Below are positions 37,570 through 49,042 of a stretch of DNA of 64,000 nt, piece after piece. Origin of the DNA: Callorhinchus milii (taxonomy: Eukaryota); contig NW_024704743.1 of assembly GCF_018977255.1 (NCBI RefSeq), positions 24,244,001 through 24,308,000 on the forward strand. The letters are read 5' to 3'. Below the pieces are notes generated by a model. The model was not told where the DNA came from, did not search any database, and saw only the letters and a list, made by a program, of their open reading frames with translations. Position 1 is the stretch's first letter, and each line of letters begins with the position of its first letter. The translations under genes were made by a program, and so were the position numbers.

Positions 37570-38690
37570 TGCTAACAAGCAGCAGGAATGCTGTTTTCAA
37601 TATCTTGAAAAATTTCCTCTGGGGCTAAAATATAATATTTGTAACAGGTGCCGGCAAACCAAAATATATCACTTCAACCTGCAGAAATTTTGTTCCAGAG
37701 ATAGATCACGTCAGAGCGAAGTTCCTATAGGTTGGTGTGATCTACTTTGTGTTACAATCAGTAGTCGCTATTTATAACTCCTGTTAGGAATATCACATTC
37801 TTGACTTCTCTACATCAATTCCTGTTCTGCCTAAACTGGACCATAGGTGAATTCAAATTCCTGAGTGGTTTATAGATTCATAAGTGATAAGGTGACCCTT
37901 TCAACCACTATAATCCGAATCACAGAGAAACCATTCTATTCAGTTGGGATCCTTGGACTGAAGAGGCACAAAAGAGGAATAATAATAATAATAATCCTTG
38001 CATTTGATATAGCGCTTTTCACATCTTCTAAACGTCCCAAAGCGCTTCACAGAATATACTGTAAAGTGAATTGACTGTATATTTGTGGGCAAACGCGGCA
38101 GCCAATTGCGCACAGCAATGTCCCACAAACAGTCGTAGATTGAAAATGACCAATTTGAATGCACTGTGTGTGCGCCACCCAGATATTTTACATTCACGTA
38201 TGTGATTTTTTAGTGGTCATCCACTCCCATCTGGTTGATGAAAGTCAAAACATAGCTGGCTGGAGTCTGGTTGAACACGTACATCCAGTCAATCACTTTG
38301 TGGATTCTAGACCTTCCAGATTGGGGGGAAAAAAGTATGCAGTGTTTTTAACTGCTATGGACTCTCAACTGAACCTACGATATCTGTTTGCCCTGCTCAG
38401 CAAGGTTTCTGCCTCTTGATGTATACATCTGCAGACAAAAGGTTGGGTAATGTCAGATATGTCTCCAGATGGTGCCTGTAAACTGCTTGTAGCAAAGACA
38501 TGCAGTGCAGCAGTTAGGTTTGAGTCAACTGGCAGTGCAGTAGTCACAGTGGGCTCAGAAGTCAAGTCATTACTTACAATGTGGCACAACACACTGACTG
38601 CTTCATGGGTAATACAAAGCCACTTCGCACATTGATCCTCCATCATGTTAAGGTAATTAGATCATGGCCTATAAACCCAATCCCTAGTTG
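37570..38690 (-). pseudogene. PIF/Harbinger (HARBI1-like) DDE transposase relic, interrupted by a SINE
   Basis: Ordered motifs: EDQCAKWLCITHEAVSVLCH...TALPV...LTAALHVFATSSLQ...GDISDITQPFVCRCIHQ; VIDWMYV (IDCTHV); FINQMG (FINRKG); VNVKYLGGAH (V.A.YPGS.HD); WFLCDSDY (WLLGDSGY); LEQNFCRLK (IEQ.FG.LK); LYFSP. Multiple stops and frameshifts. Confidence 0.82.
37978..38156 (-). mobile_element. Young SINE 3' half inserted in the transposase relic
   Basis: Minus strand aaattggtcattttcaatctacgactgtttgtgggac...agcgctttgggacgtttagaagatgtgaaaagcgct...(ATT)n. Confidence 0.92.
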
Positions 38691-39454
38691 AATATCTGTC
38701 TGTCATTTACTTTTATGGAGTCTACAAGCTCTTTCCATTCTGCAGTCTTCAACATTTATCACAAGCAAATAGCTGCTGCCAACATCCATTGTGAAAGGCT
38801 ACAGAAAAGTAATCATCCTTCTAACTTACACAGCCTTTCTGCTGTACTACAATTGATCCTAAGTAATGCCACGTCCGAGTTAGCATTCTTACAACAGTTC
38901 TAATAGACCAAATAAACCAAAGAACTGCAAGTGAAATCTGCTCCTCAACCAAAGCAAGCAGCTCATTGCTTTAATTGATCTGTAGCTGCCAAATTAGAAG
39001 ATGGGTGATGATTGTACGGAGGACAACATACTGCTGATATTTGACCTCTCTATCTGATGGAAACTTTAATGTCAAATAGAATGTCTGCTGGACAGCCAAT
39101 GCCTAGTAAGCTAAGGAGTGCAAAATAGCAAATGGTACTCAAAAAAAGTGAGATGTGCTAGGTAGACTGTTAGCCTAACATCTCTGGTCGGGAAAATGGT
39201 GGTGAGTTATATGGGATGTTACTAATGCACATCTCCAGAGCACAAATGGTATAAAGAGTAATCAACATGGACTTAAAAGCAATTGGACTTAAAAGCAATT
39301 GGTCTCTTCCCTGGAATTCTTTAAAGAAAAGGCAAATAAACTACTGGATGAAAACTACCCAATGAATACAATTTGATAAAATTCCACATCAGATGTTTAA
39401 GAGATAAAAATAATCACAAATTAGACAGTTGCAAACAAGCTCAAATGGCAGTGA

Positions 39455-39975
39455 TAAATGGGGTCCCCTTGGAATCGAGTCAATCCTTTGTGGCAGTCTC
39501 AGTAGTGTAGTTCCTGAGCCAGGTGAGTCTGCAGTACTCCAATGCATGACTATTGACGAGACCAGCCAGCCTGACTCATCAGCAGGATTCAGAGGAACAA
39601 ACTAGCAATACTCCTGTTAACCATGAAAGTCACAGTCCTAACAAATAAAGTAATCCTAGGCAACAAGGAGCAGGAAGCTTTCCAGACAGTACTTTCAATG
39701 GAAGTTATGTAGTTTTAGATGGTTAAACTCAGCAGTCCCCAAACACACACACTGAAGTGTTCAAGCCTTGGCTCTTGCCAACCTGTGCCCAATAATCTGT
39801 GAAGTTACATAAAAAAACTACGTCCCTCCAGGGAGAGAGTGTGGATTTCTTTCCAGATACAGGGGAATTTCCATATGTAGGTGGCATACATACTTGGAAC
39901 TCTCACTCAGTCTGGTTTGCTCCTAAGCATGGTGATGGGTTCCGCTTATGTCAGAACCCTTGGCTGACCCCCCAA
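39455..39975 (+). mobile_element. Decayed family X copy
   Basis: gttcctgagccaggtgagtctgcagtactcc...ctccagggagagagtg...taagcatggtgatgggttccgc...ggctgaccccc. Confidence 0.7.
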
Positions 39976-40432
39976 GATGCTAAAGAATGGAAAAAGCTTT
40001 ATCTGGGCCAAAACAGTGACTAACGAAGGGTCACAGTTGAAATATCTGGTTGGAAACATAATGAAGGTTATAGAAAATTATTCTTAAGCTTTGACAGTTT
40101 CTGGCCTCAGTTAAGTCAGTACAGTGTAAGGACTAGTCGACTTGGAATTAGAAACATTTGGTCAGGCCTCATAAATCTACAGGAAGTTTTGAGGAAGTGA
40201 CTAAACTAGAGGATATACGCTATGATTGAAAAGGATGGATTAAACATCTAATTCAAAATAAAGAGATAAGAGCTAAATTAAAGAGCAGGCCCTCAAATAT
40301 AATCTCAGAATTGCTCCCAGGACTAACAAATTGCAGGCCCTAAAAACCTACTTCAAATTTCAACTTAAATCCAGGGTTAATAATAACTAACAAATGATTA
40401 CTTAAGCACATGAAATGTGTATATCCTTTAAA

Positions 40433-40578
40433 GATCAGAAGCAGGAACCTGGCCAATTGTAGTCATCGTAGTGCTACCAGGCTGAGATCAGCTAACTCAA
40501 CACATAATAGGAGAATCGAAACAGAGCTTCATTGTCTATATGGCCAAGTGACCTATTGAACAAAACCACTCAGCCATC
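40433..40578 (-). mobile_element. LF-SINE-like 5' fragment
   Basis: Minus strand tggctgagtgg...gccatatagac...tgtgttgagttagctgatctcagcc...ctacaattggcc matches recalled LF-SINE TGTGCTGAGTTAGCTGATCTCAGCC...CTACAATTGGCC. Confidence 0.7.
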
Positions 40579-41797
40579 TGACAGAGGTTGGAGAGACACT
40601 TCTGTTAAAAAAGAGGGATATTTTTCTAATTTCCCTCGATAGTTCCTTCCATTTTATTCACATTACTAAGGAGGATCAAGCCATCAATAGATATTCAGAT
40701 TTTCCCAGTCCTGCTGCTCAGCTGAATCTTCAGGTTAAGATTCCAGCTCGAATGGTGAAGGAAAACAGAATGTGCCTTGTGTAAAAGTGCACATGTAATT
40801 TTTTGTGGAAGAAATTTGCTTCAGTAGAAATGTTCGATTGTGGAGTATCACATTGAATATCAGCAACGTATGTTCTAAAAAATTATGTTATCAGGCCTTT
40901 TGTAGATACACACAAATCTAGTTAGGATAGTCACTGAATTTGTCCCAACTTTTCACAGCCCGGAATTGAGAATTGTCTATGTGTTTTCATTCATCTTCTG
41001 ACTGTAGGGTGGTCAGCTTTTGTGTCTGTTAGCAAATGTGCCTCGCTCTATGCAGCTTCTACAATTTAATTCCACAAATTGGATAGATACTGTAATTTGT
41101 AGGACCAATAGCTGTGTGAAAAGTCATAAATAATTCAGACGAGTAATATAACACTCATAGGCTCACAGTGTTTCAGGATTCAATTGAAGGATGCACTTAA
41201 GATTTTATCAAGAGGCTGATTCATAGCGTGAACCGAATAATTCACGGGTATTTTTTTTCTCAAACAAAAGTGTGCCATAATTCACCAGTGCCTGTGTGTG
41301 TAAGTGTAGGATCAATGGGCAGTCAAAAGACAATCTATTAGCGGAAACCACAAGAACCATGGTTGCCAGTAGCTCTTGGGATGGGCTCCCATTCAGAGGA
41401 TACCTAAGCTTAAGCGACACAGTGGGCTGCTGTGATGGGAGTGGGGCGGGGGGGAGGGGAAGGAGGATGCCGCAAATGGGTGGAATGCTCCATAATGGCA
41501 CAGTCACAGAGGGTCCCCACCTTAATTGGCAACCCACCCCAATCTGCTCACCATAACACCACTGCCACCCCCTGGACCACGTAGGCATTGTGGTTGATTG
41601 CAGGTCTAACGAAGGGTCTTACACAGAGTCACTGCGGAGTTCAGCTCAAATTTCTGATCCAACCATTATGAGTTTTTCTGCTTGTGATCCATTGCTCCTG
41701 ATTTGTTGGTTCAGAGGTTGAGAAGCCCTGTACATTACCATTCAATGACATAGTCAGCTGGTGCACTGTTCTGTTTCATCAGCGAGCTATAGACCTA

Positions 41798-42068
41798 TTA
41801 TAGTTTGCCCCTAGGCTCTGGAACTCTATCCCCCAGTGCCTTCGCCTTGCCTTTTCCCTTTCCTCCTTCAAGGCCGGTCTCAAGACCTTTCTCTTTGACC
41901 GTGCCTTCAGCCCCCCTCTTGACTCTCTACCCCCTCCTCGATCCCTCCCTTCCCTCCCCTCACCCTGACTATTTCCTCCCTGCTCGGGTCCTGACCCAAC
42001 TGTACAGCGCCTTGGGACGTCCTCCCAACGTGAAAGGCGCTCTATAAATTGAATCTTGTTGTTGTTGT
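41798..42068 (+). mobile_element. Young L2 3' end
   Basis: Very similar to the reverse complement of 31241-31510; tail agcgccttgggacgtcctcccaacgtgaaaggcgct...(GTT)n. Confidence 0.93.
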
Positions 42069-43209
42069 ATATATTAAATAACATCATGGTTCCATGATGG
42101 TTGTAAATATTGGGATAATTTCTGGGGGACAAAAGCTCAAAAGGGACAACAAAGATTGAGAACAATCAACTGGGGACAGAATCTTACTTCTCTCCCATAT
42201 GAGACATTTATATGGTTGTTTATGCCATCATTTCCTGAAGGTAGTTCAAGTAATCACTATCCAGTTCAAATATTACTTCAAAATATATTGTGTAATTTTT
42301 GTGGGATGTGAATGGCCAATGCATGAAACTGCAGGCGGAGACAGGTTTGGTAAGAATTAATCTCTTCATGTAGAAGTTACCTGATACAACAGGTGTGTGG
42401 TGCTGACATTAAGCACCTGACTACAAAATACTGGCATCTGTTAGCATAGTATCACCAGCTAGGATTTTACTACACTTGCTACAGTAGCCAACAGGAAATC
42501 TACAGCCATCATTTCATTTCAACCAATTTGAGTTGTACAACAGAGCCCGTTATAACATGCTTTTTTGTAAAGTGACCTCTCTTATAGTGCAGTTGGGGTG
42601 TGGTCTTTGACCGTAACATTTTCACCCGCAAAATATACAGTTACAACGTTTTATTGTATATCTTGTGAAGTGCTTTGAAACATCTCAATGGCATAATAAT
42701 GTGCTATACCAAATGAGGATTTTTATTGTGATTTACTTACAGAAGAAATTCAGAATGCAGGCATAACTCTGAACAGTTTGGTTGAAAACACCAACCAGCT
42801 TCCTGTGAACTAAAATATGGCCTCTCATGAGCTTCCAGGCCAGCGACATCAGCTGCCAGTGACCTGAGGCTCCAAAGGTTAGCTTTCTCTGTGCTAGATG
42901 TGGTTGAAGTGACATTGATGGCAACGTGTTTAACGTGTTTATGGATTGTTTTAAGGAATAATGTACCATAAATTGTACTCCATAGTTCCTGTTTGTACTT
43001 AAAAAATAAGTTTAGCCTGCAGGTCAAATTAATCATTCATATACTATTGCTCTAATTCTCATTGCAACTGGATTGGTGGAAGTATTTGAAAGTGCTGTTG
43101 TACATTAATTTATTTTGTACAAGTTATTGCAACAATACTTCACCATTACCTGCCCCAGTTTGTCTGATAATGGCGGGCCAAGCACAACTAAACACATTTT
43201 TATATATTC

Positions 43210-43858
43210 ATTGGACTTGAAACTCACATTCTAGGCAGATACTCTTAACACAGTGCAGAGGAGTGCTGCATTGTTGGGAGGTGCTGTCCTTCAGATGAGA
43301 CATTAAACCGAGGTCCTGTCTGCTTGTTTGAGTGCAAGATAAAGATACAATACAATTTACATTAATATAATGTATTTCACCTTGGGATGACATCCATTCA
43401 GCGTGCTGGATGAGCAACCAAGCTGCAAGTGGGACCCAAGTGCAGTGGGCTGCCAATGGAGCCAGGTGAAAATGAGTATGATAGGATTGCGGAGCCTGGC
43501 GCGGGAGAGTACACGGGTTGCAGAGTTCAATAGTCTAGCTTGTGTAGGGAAGAGTTGGTGAGCAGAGAGTTGGTGTAGTCAAGCCTGGAAGTGATAAAGG
43601 TGTGGAGGGTCTCGGCAGCATATGAACAAGGCACAGTTCATAAAGGGAATGGAGTTTCTTTCAGTGGCCTAGCGAACAATTCCCCAGACAAAATTGATTA
43701 TTCACTTCATGGCTATTTGTGGGACATAGCTGTGCAGAAGTAGGTTGTTGCATTCACCTACAAAATACAGTCACTATAAATATATTCTGTGAAAGTTCTT
43801 TGGGTTGTCCCCAGACGTGAAAGGCTCTATATCAAATGCAAAAATTATAATAATAATA
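43210..43858 (+). mobile_element. DeuSINE split by an antisense L2 fragment (about 43346-43620)
   Basis: ggagtgctgcattgttgggaggtgctgtccttcagatgagacattaaaccgagg, then a reverse L2 tail and ORF2 piece (gtagtcaagcctggaagtgataaagg), then the SINE 3' half. Confidence 0.75.
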
Positions 43859-44754
43859 AAAAAAACTATTAGAATGGTTTAGCAAAAGTCACGAAACAAT
43901 GGAGCTGCAATCATAAGTAGGAAACTTGAGGTTGAGCCCAAAAGTGAGTCTCAGGATCCTGAGAGTTCTCTGAAGCAGCAGCATACGGCTCTCATTCCTT
44001 CACAGACGTTGTATAACAATTATACCTCCCAATTGTTGCCAAAAGAACATTTCCCTCTAACAATGTCCACATTTTTGTCACAAGATGAAAGGACACAGTA
44101 ATACCCACTGAGCAGTAACTGCTTCTCTTGTGAAGCCTTCGGCTCAGAACCAGCTGGCACTGGAGCTATGAATTTGCTTTCTTTAGCTGTCTCTTGCCTG
44201 CTTGTTCCAAATTCAAACACATAAAGTTAAACGATCGGTGCCTGTGACTCATCATAGGAACGTACACAAATTTGCTGCGTGTTCTGACTATGAAAGCCTT
44301 TCAGCCCTTTCCCATTCTCAAAGCGTTTACACTCGCAGTGAGTTGTGACATTGCACAAACATACATCTTTGCAGTACTTATAAATGCTTCAGAAACATCC
44401 CATGTTAACCAAGCTCAAGCAACAATGCAAGGTCAGGTGAAGCATTATCGCTCCTTTGTGCCATTTCATACTGCAGCTCAGTTCCTAGGAGAGAAGGGGG
44501 AAAATGGGGAAAGTGCAGTAGGTGAGACCACTTTGAACAGCTAAAATGATTAATTTGAAAACACTGTATCAATCCGTAGGCACCTGAAAAGGAAATGTTT
44601 GCAGTGTTTCTACATTATAAATTTCAAAAGATAGTTTTGATGTCACTGTAGATGACTCTTCTGGTTGAGATCCCTTTAGGATCATATAGCACATGAGTCA
44701 TCTGAGTCATGTTTCCATGCTACCAGCCCCTTAATGCTATAATTGAATTCTTAA

Positions 44755-45216
44755 TAATAATTAATAATCCTTGCACTCGATATAGAACCTATGATATCAA
44801 TGTCTCAAAACACCCTCACAGTTAATTGCTGTCACGTGCAGTGTTGGGTGCATTTATAGGCCAACTTGCTTCATGTGCATTTGTAGGACATTTTGTTCCA
44901 TTTTGCACACAGTAATGTCCCACTAAACACACTCTATTTACAAATTTTATCTGGAGGATTGTTGGCCGCAACATCGGGAGAAACTCTTTCCTCTTTTTGA
45001 ATAGTGTCATGGAATCCTTAAGATCTACCTGAGTGGGTAAATGAGACCTCAGTTTATTGTCTCAAATGAAAGATGGTATTTTTGACAATGCAGCTCTCCC
45101 TTGCACAGCACACAAGAATCATCTTGGACAAATGTGACCTCAAAGTCATGATATGGGCTTGAATCCACAATTGTCTGACTCAGAGGTGAGAGTGTTAGCA
45201 ACTAAACCAGGCTGAC
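44755..45216 (-). mobile_element. DeuSINE, near full length
   Basis: Minus-strand head gtcagcctggtttagttgctaacactctcacctctgagtcag, Deu body, tail gtgcaaggattatta. Confidence 0.78.
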
Positions 45217-46279
45217 AGTTTGGGTTTATATTGGTGGAGCATGTTCGATAGGCCAAATGACTCACTGTTCCCATCCAAAACAGGACACAAGAAAGAAAAA
45301 ACTACAGGCAGAAGAAAGCACAGTCTTCTTTACTAATGCTCCAGTAGCACTGTAAATATGTTTTTCTTCTAGGCCTGCGTTCTTGATCTTGCTTCAGCTT
45401 CCCATGAGAAAATAAATAAGTGGAAAGAAAAGGTCTAACCCGACAGCAAATAGCATTGAACCTCCCCACCCCAGATTTTTTTTAACAGCTTTGCAAACTG
45501 AAATTGAAGCCACAAGCCAGATCCCAAGAGGTCTGTCGCATTTGTGATCTTTCAGGGCTAGATTAAAGCTTCTGAGGACAGGAAATGGAACCACAAGGTC
45601 AACAGCAGCTTGCCTTATAGCAGTTCCAAACAACACATGCCTTAATGATGAAGCAGACTCGGAGCAGTGACAAGTTAGCATGCATTTAAGTCTCGGTTTT
45701 GGTTTCTGCGGGATTGCAAACATTAATAAAAAAAAGCATCCGGCTCCTGAGTCAAACTGGCTGCAGCGTTCCTAATTCTTGACAGAAACGTCTGAGAAAT
45801 GTTTATCTTTGTGCAAGGCAGTGCTTTGTATAAACACGGTTCCAAGCGAATTGTTCTGTAAAGTTAAAACTGCTGAACATCATTGTGGTCCTTGTGTTAC
45901 CGGACCAGAGCTATGGAAAAAAAGTGCAAAAATACAACTGGTGATACTTATTCTACTCACTGCTCACTGAGTTTATTTATAGGCTTATGTAAACCACTTA
46001 TTGACAAAATTGAAATAGTTCACACTACAGCACACACGTTTTGCAATCATAACTTTGGGTGTCTATGAAATGCAGGTGTCTTGATCTATTTTTCCTTCTA
46101 CTAGAATAACAATTCCACATGTGCCAGTTACCCTCTGGTACTTTTCCCTAGTGCCCACTGTTGAAATGTAAGGCCACTCATGAGTGCTTGCAGGCCATTC
46201 AATAATGAGCTACACGCTGTCCTGCCCTGACATGTTTACATACACACATACCAGGAGGAGGCTCTATGGAGCAATCAAG

Positions 46280-46503
46280 GGAGCCAAATTTCCCACGGTC
46301 TTTGCCTTGGTATTGATCTTAAAATTGAAGCTCCTACAGAATTTTGGAATATTCTCAAATTCAGTCTCAATTTGGGAGCCAGTTTTCTGCAGCTCTGCTT
46401 AAGAACCATCTTCCAAATTAAAACTGAATTTTCCAAAATTCTGCCTGATCTTACATTCTAAGATAAAGATCTTAAGGCTAAGTCCAAGAGATAATTTGGG
46501 CCT
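46280..46503. mobile_element. Fold-back MITE-like imperfect palindrome
   Basis: cagaattttggaa pairs with ttccaaaattctg; aattcagtctcaatttgg with ccaaattaaaactgaatt; ends gccaaattt and aatttgggcc. Related to 4857-5027 and 29910-30027. Confidence 0.65.
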
Positions 46504-47574
46504 GAGGAGTGGGAGTCCTGGCTGTTTTTTTCCATCCTAAAGGATCCTACAGCCGATGGTAACTCCAGCAAACTCAGTATAGCTAGGGAATCAATCTACT
46601 CATTTGATTACTTACTGAGCCATCAGGTAAGATAAACAAGCATTTTATTGCAGGCTGTTCAATAAACCAAGTCGGTGAGAAAAACTCCTCCACTTTACAT
46701 TGCAGAGAGCTCTAACATTGGTTGGTACCCTTTAATGCTAATTAGTTAAGAGCTGATAGCACTACCAACTCCTTAATACCACACATGTTCATTTGAAAGT
46801 TCCTGGGCCATCCATTAAAGCATTTGAGAGTATTAAAGGGACTATTAGAGGAATGAGCCCAATTTGATTTCAGCCCTGCTGTGTCTATATTGCACCAAGC
46901 AAATTAAAATGCTCCACCATGATTTGCGTTGGTTCAATCGGAATGTATTTGACAAGTTTTGTGGCAAATTGCTTTCAAAATCTTAGTGATTCACCGTGAA
47001 TTGTGTAGTACGAACGCAGCATTAGTTCAGGAGTTGGTTGTGCTTTCTTTTAGATTCACTCTTATGTCACACATGTTACACTCTTATACAAAAAAGTGAG
47101 GAAGCAATCATCTAGGCTATGGCACTAGTGGGAAAACCATTAATTGCAAATTCAAAAGTCGTCAGAGTCACCCCAAAACCTGGTGAGCAAACCATGAATA
47201 TCACAAATTAGATCTGTCACAGGTACCATGGGCCAAATGGCCTCCTTTGCTGTAAAATTCTATGACTCTTGTTCTTGATATTGTGCAGAGATGACAGAAG
47301 TTTCCTTATGTGGAGAAATATCAAGCAACCTGGCCTACTCAGTGCTAACACCCCCAGAGATTCCTCAACCCCCTTATAAAATAGTTGGCTGAAAAGAGCA
47401 CCAGCTCTCCCCCAAGCCCAACGGGGAGTGACACAACCCAGGAGGCCTTCTTGACGAGCAGATTTTTCACTCCAACCCTCCCATGGGCAATGCCACCCCC
47501 GCATGCACAGCACTGCCCACACACTCATTGCACATATGTGAAATATCAGTCCGGGAAGTTATGAAGAGCAGAAG

Positions 47575-47665
47575 AGAACTGGAAATCTGAAACTCATCAC
47601 TCAATGTCCAGAAGAGAAATATACAGTTGGTTAAGTTTTGGATATGACTCTTCATCAGAATGAAT
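47575..47665 (-). mobile_element. Penelope-like terminal fragment with decayed hammerhead motif
   Basis: Minus strand tCTGATGAagagtcatatcCAAAACttaacc...tttctc...tttcagatttccag resembles ctgatgaag...cgaaacgttaac...tttcagatttccag repeats recalled from shark genomes. Confidence 0.45.
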
Positions 47666-47948
47666 GAAGTGCTGTGTGAACAGAATGTCTTAGTTAAAGG
47701 TTTGCAAAGTTAAAATAGAACCTTATTTAATCAAGTAAAGGAAACCAGAAGGCCTTTTGAGTGAGGAACGTTTGAAGCAGAGAGGCGAGGTGAAGCCAGA
47801 GTCCCTTTTAAGTCAGCTTGGAAATCACCTTGCAGTGACAATGCACACAAAAGCACTGCATAAACAATAACAATTTTCACTTATCTAGTGCATTTCCCAT
47901 AGGAGAACACCTCAAGCTGCTTTACTTAGATAGAATGGGAGCTGAATG

Positions 47949-48262
47949 TGGAGTCCTGTAGCTCAGTGGTTAGAGCACTCGCTTTGCAAGTGAGTGAGTT
48001 CAATTCCAGGCAGGGCGAAACCTTGGGCAAGTTTCCTTACTCCATACTCCTAATAATAATCCCTCCAAAACAAAAAACAGTAATAAATTGGTCATTTTCA
48101 ATCTACGACTGTTTGTGGGACACTGCTGTGCGCAATTGGCTGCCGCGTTCACCCACAAATATACAGTCAATTCACTTTACAGTATATTCTGTGAAGCGCT
48201 TTGAGACGTCTAGAAGACGTGAAAAGCGCTATATCAAATGCAAGGATTATTATTATTATTAT
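47949..48262 (+). mobile_element. tRNA-Ala-headed SINE, short young form
   Basis: ggagtcctgtagctcagtggttagagcactcgctttgcaag...agcgctttgagacgtctagaagacgtgaaaagcgct...(ATT)n. Confidence 0.92.
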
Positions 48263-48264
48263 AA

Positions 48265-48685
48265 GCAGGGAGATAGAATGGTGTTGAAGGGAAGTGGACA
48301 AAAGCGCAGTCTAAGACAAGTGGTTTTGAAAGCTGAGACTGAGGGGATGGGGTGGAAGGATTTGAGAATACAGTTCCATAAGGCAGAGGAAAAGTGTCTG
48401 ACAGCTTGCCTGTCAATGTTGGTGATGGGGGGGAAAGTATGTGGGCATGAATCAGGCCAGAATTAGTGGAGCAAGGAAGTGGCCATAGAAGTAGCATCAC
48501 AGTGTATTGCAGAGGTAGGGAAAGCAAGGCTACGGAGGTGTTTGAAGGTGAGGAAGAAGATCTTAAAGTTAATCAACGTGGGGAACAGCGCCAGTGTATT
48601 TGGGCAAGGATGGGGGTGATGGGAACAGAGCTTGGGCACAGGAGAGAATATGGCTGTGGAGTTCCAAATGATCTGAAGCCTATGA
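48265..48685 (-). mobile_element. Old L2 3' fragment (tail probably at 47862-47930, beyond the SINE)
   Basis: Minus-strand HRLQIIWNSTA...INFKIFFLTFKHL resembles the L2 ORF2 C-terminus. Confidence 0.65.
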
Positions 48686-49042
48686 ATCAATTAATGTTGC
48701 CATGTTATTTCTTGATAGAATCCCATAATTCTTATTACTTGAAAGCATCTTCGAAAGAAATTGCTGCCAAATCAGGCTGGAATCAGACTATTCTGAACCA
48801 AGGCCCCTGCCCTACCCTTCCCCAGCAGCTTGTGTATCTATCAGCGTTGTAACAGGATACACTGCAAATGTGTGCCTTGCTTTGAACTCTATTTCTTGAG
48901 AAGTTAAGTCAGTTGGGTGGGGGTTAACGATTGTATTTTTTTCACACATACATCAATCACAGCTGCTGAAAGAAGACTACTCCTTGCAACAGGATTCAAG
49001 GGTTAGTCAGGATGAAAAGTGACACAGCATGATAGCCACGAT

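Noticed and set aside
47928..48290. agatagaatgg on both sides of the SINE as a target duplication
   Set aside because: Not flush with the element ends and it diverges immediately; more likely purine-rich L2 3'UTR sequence.
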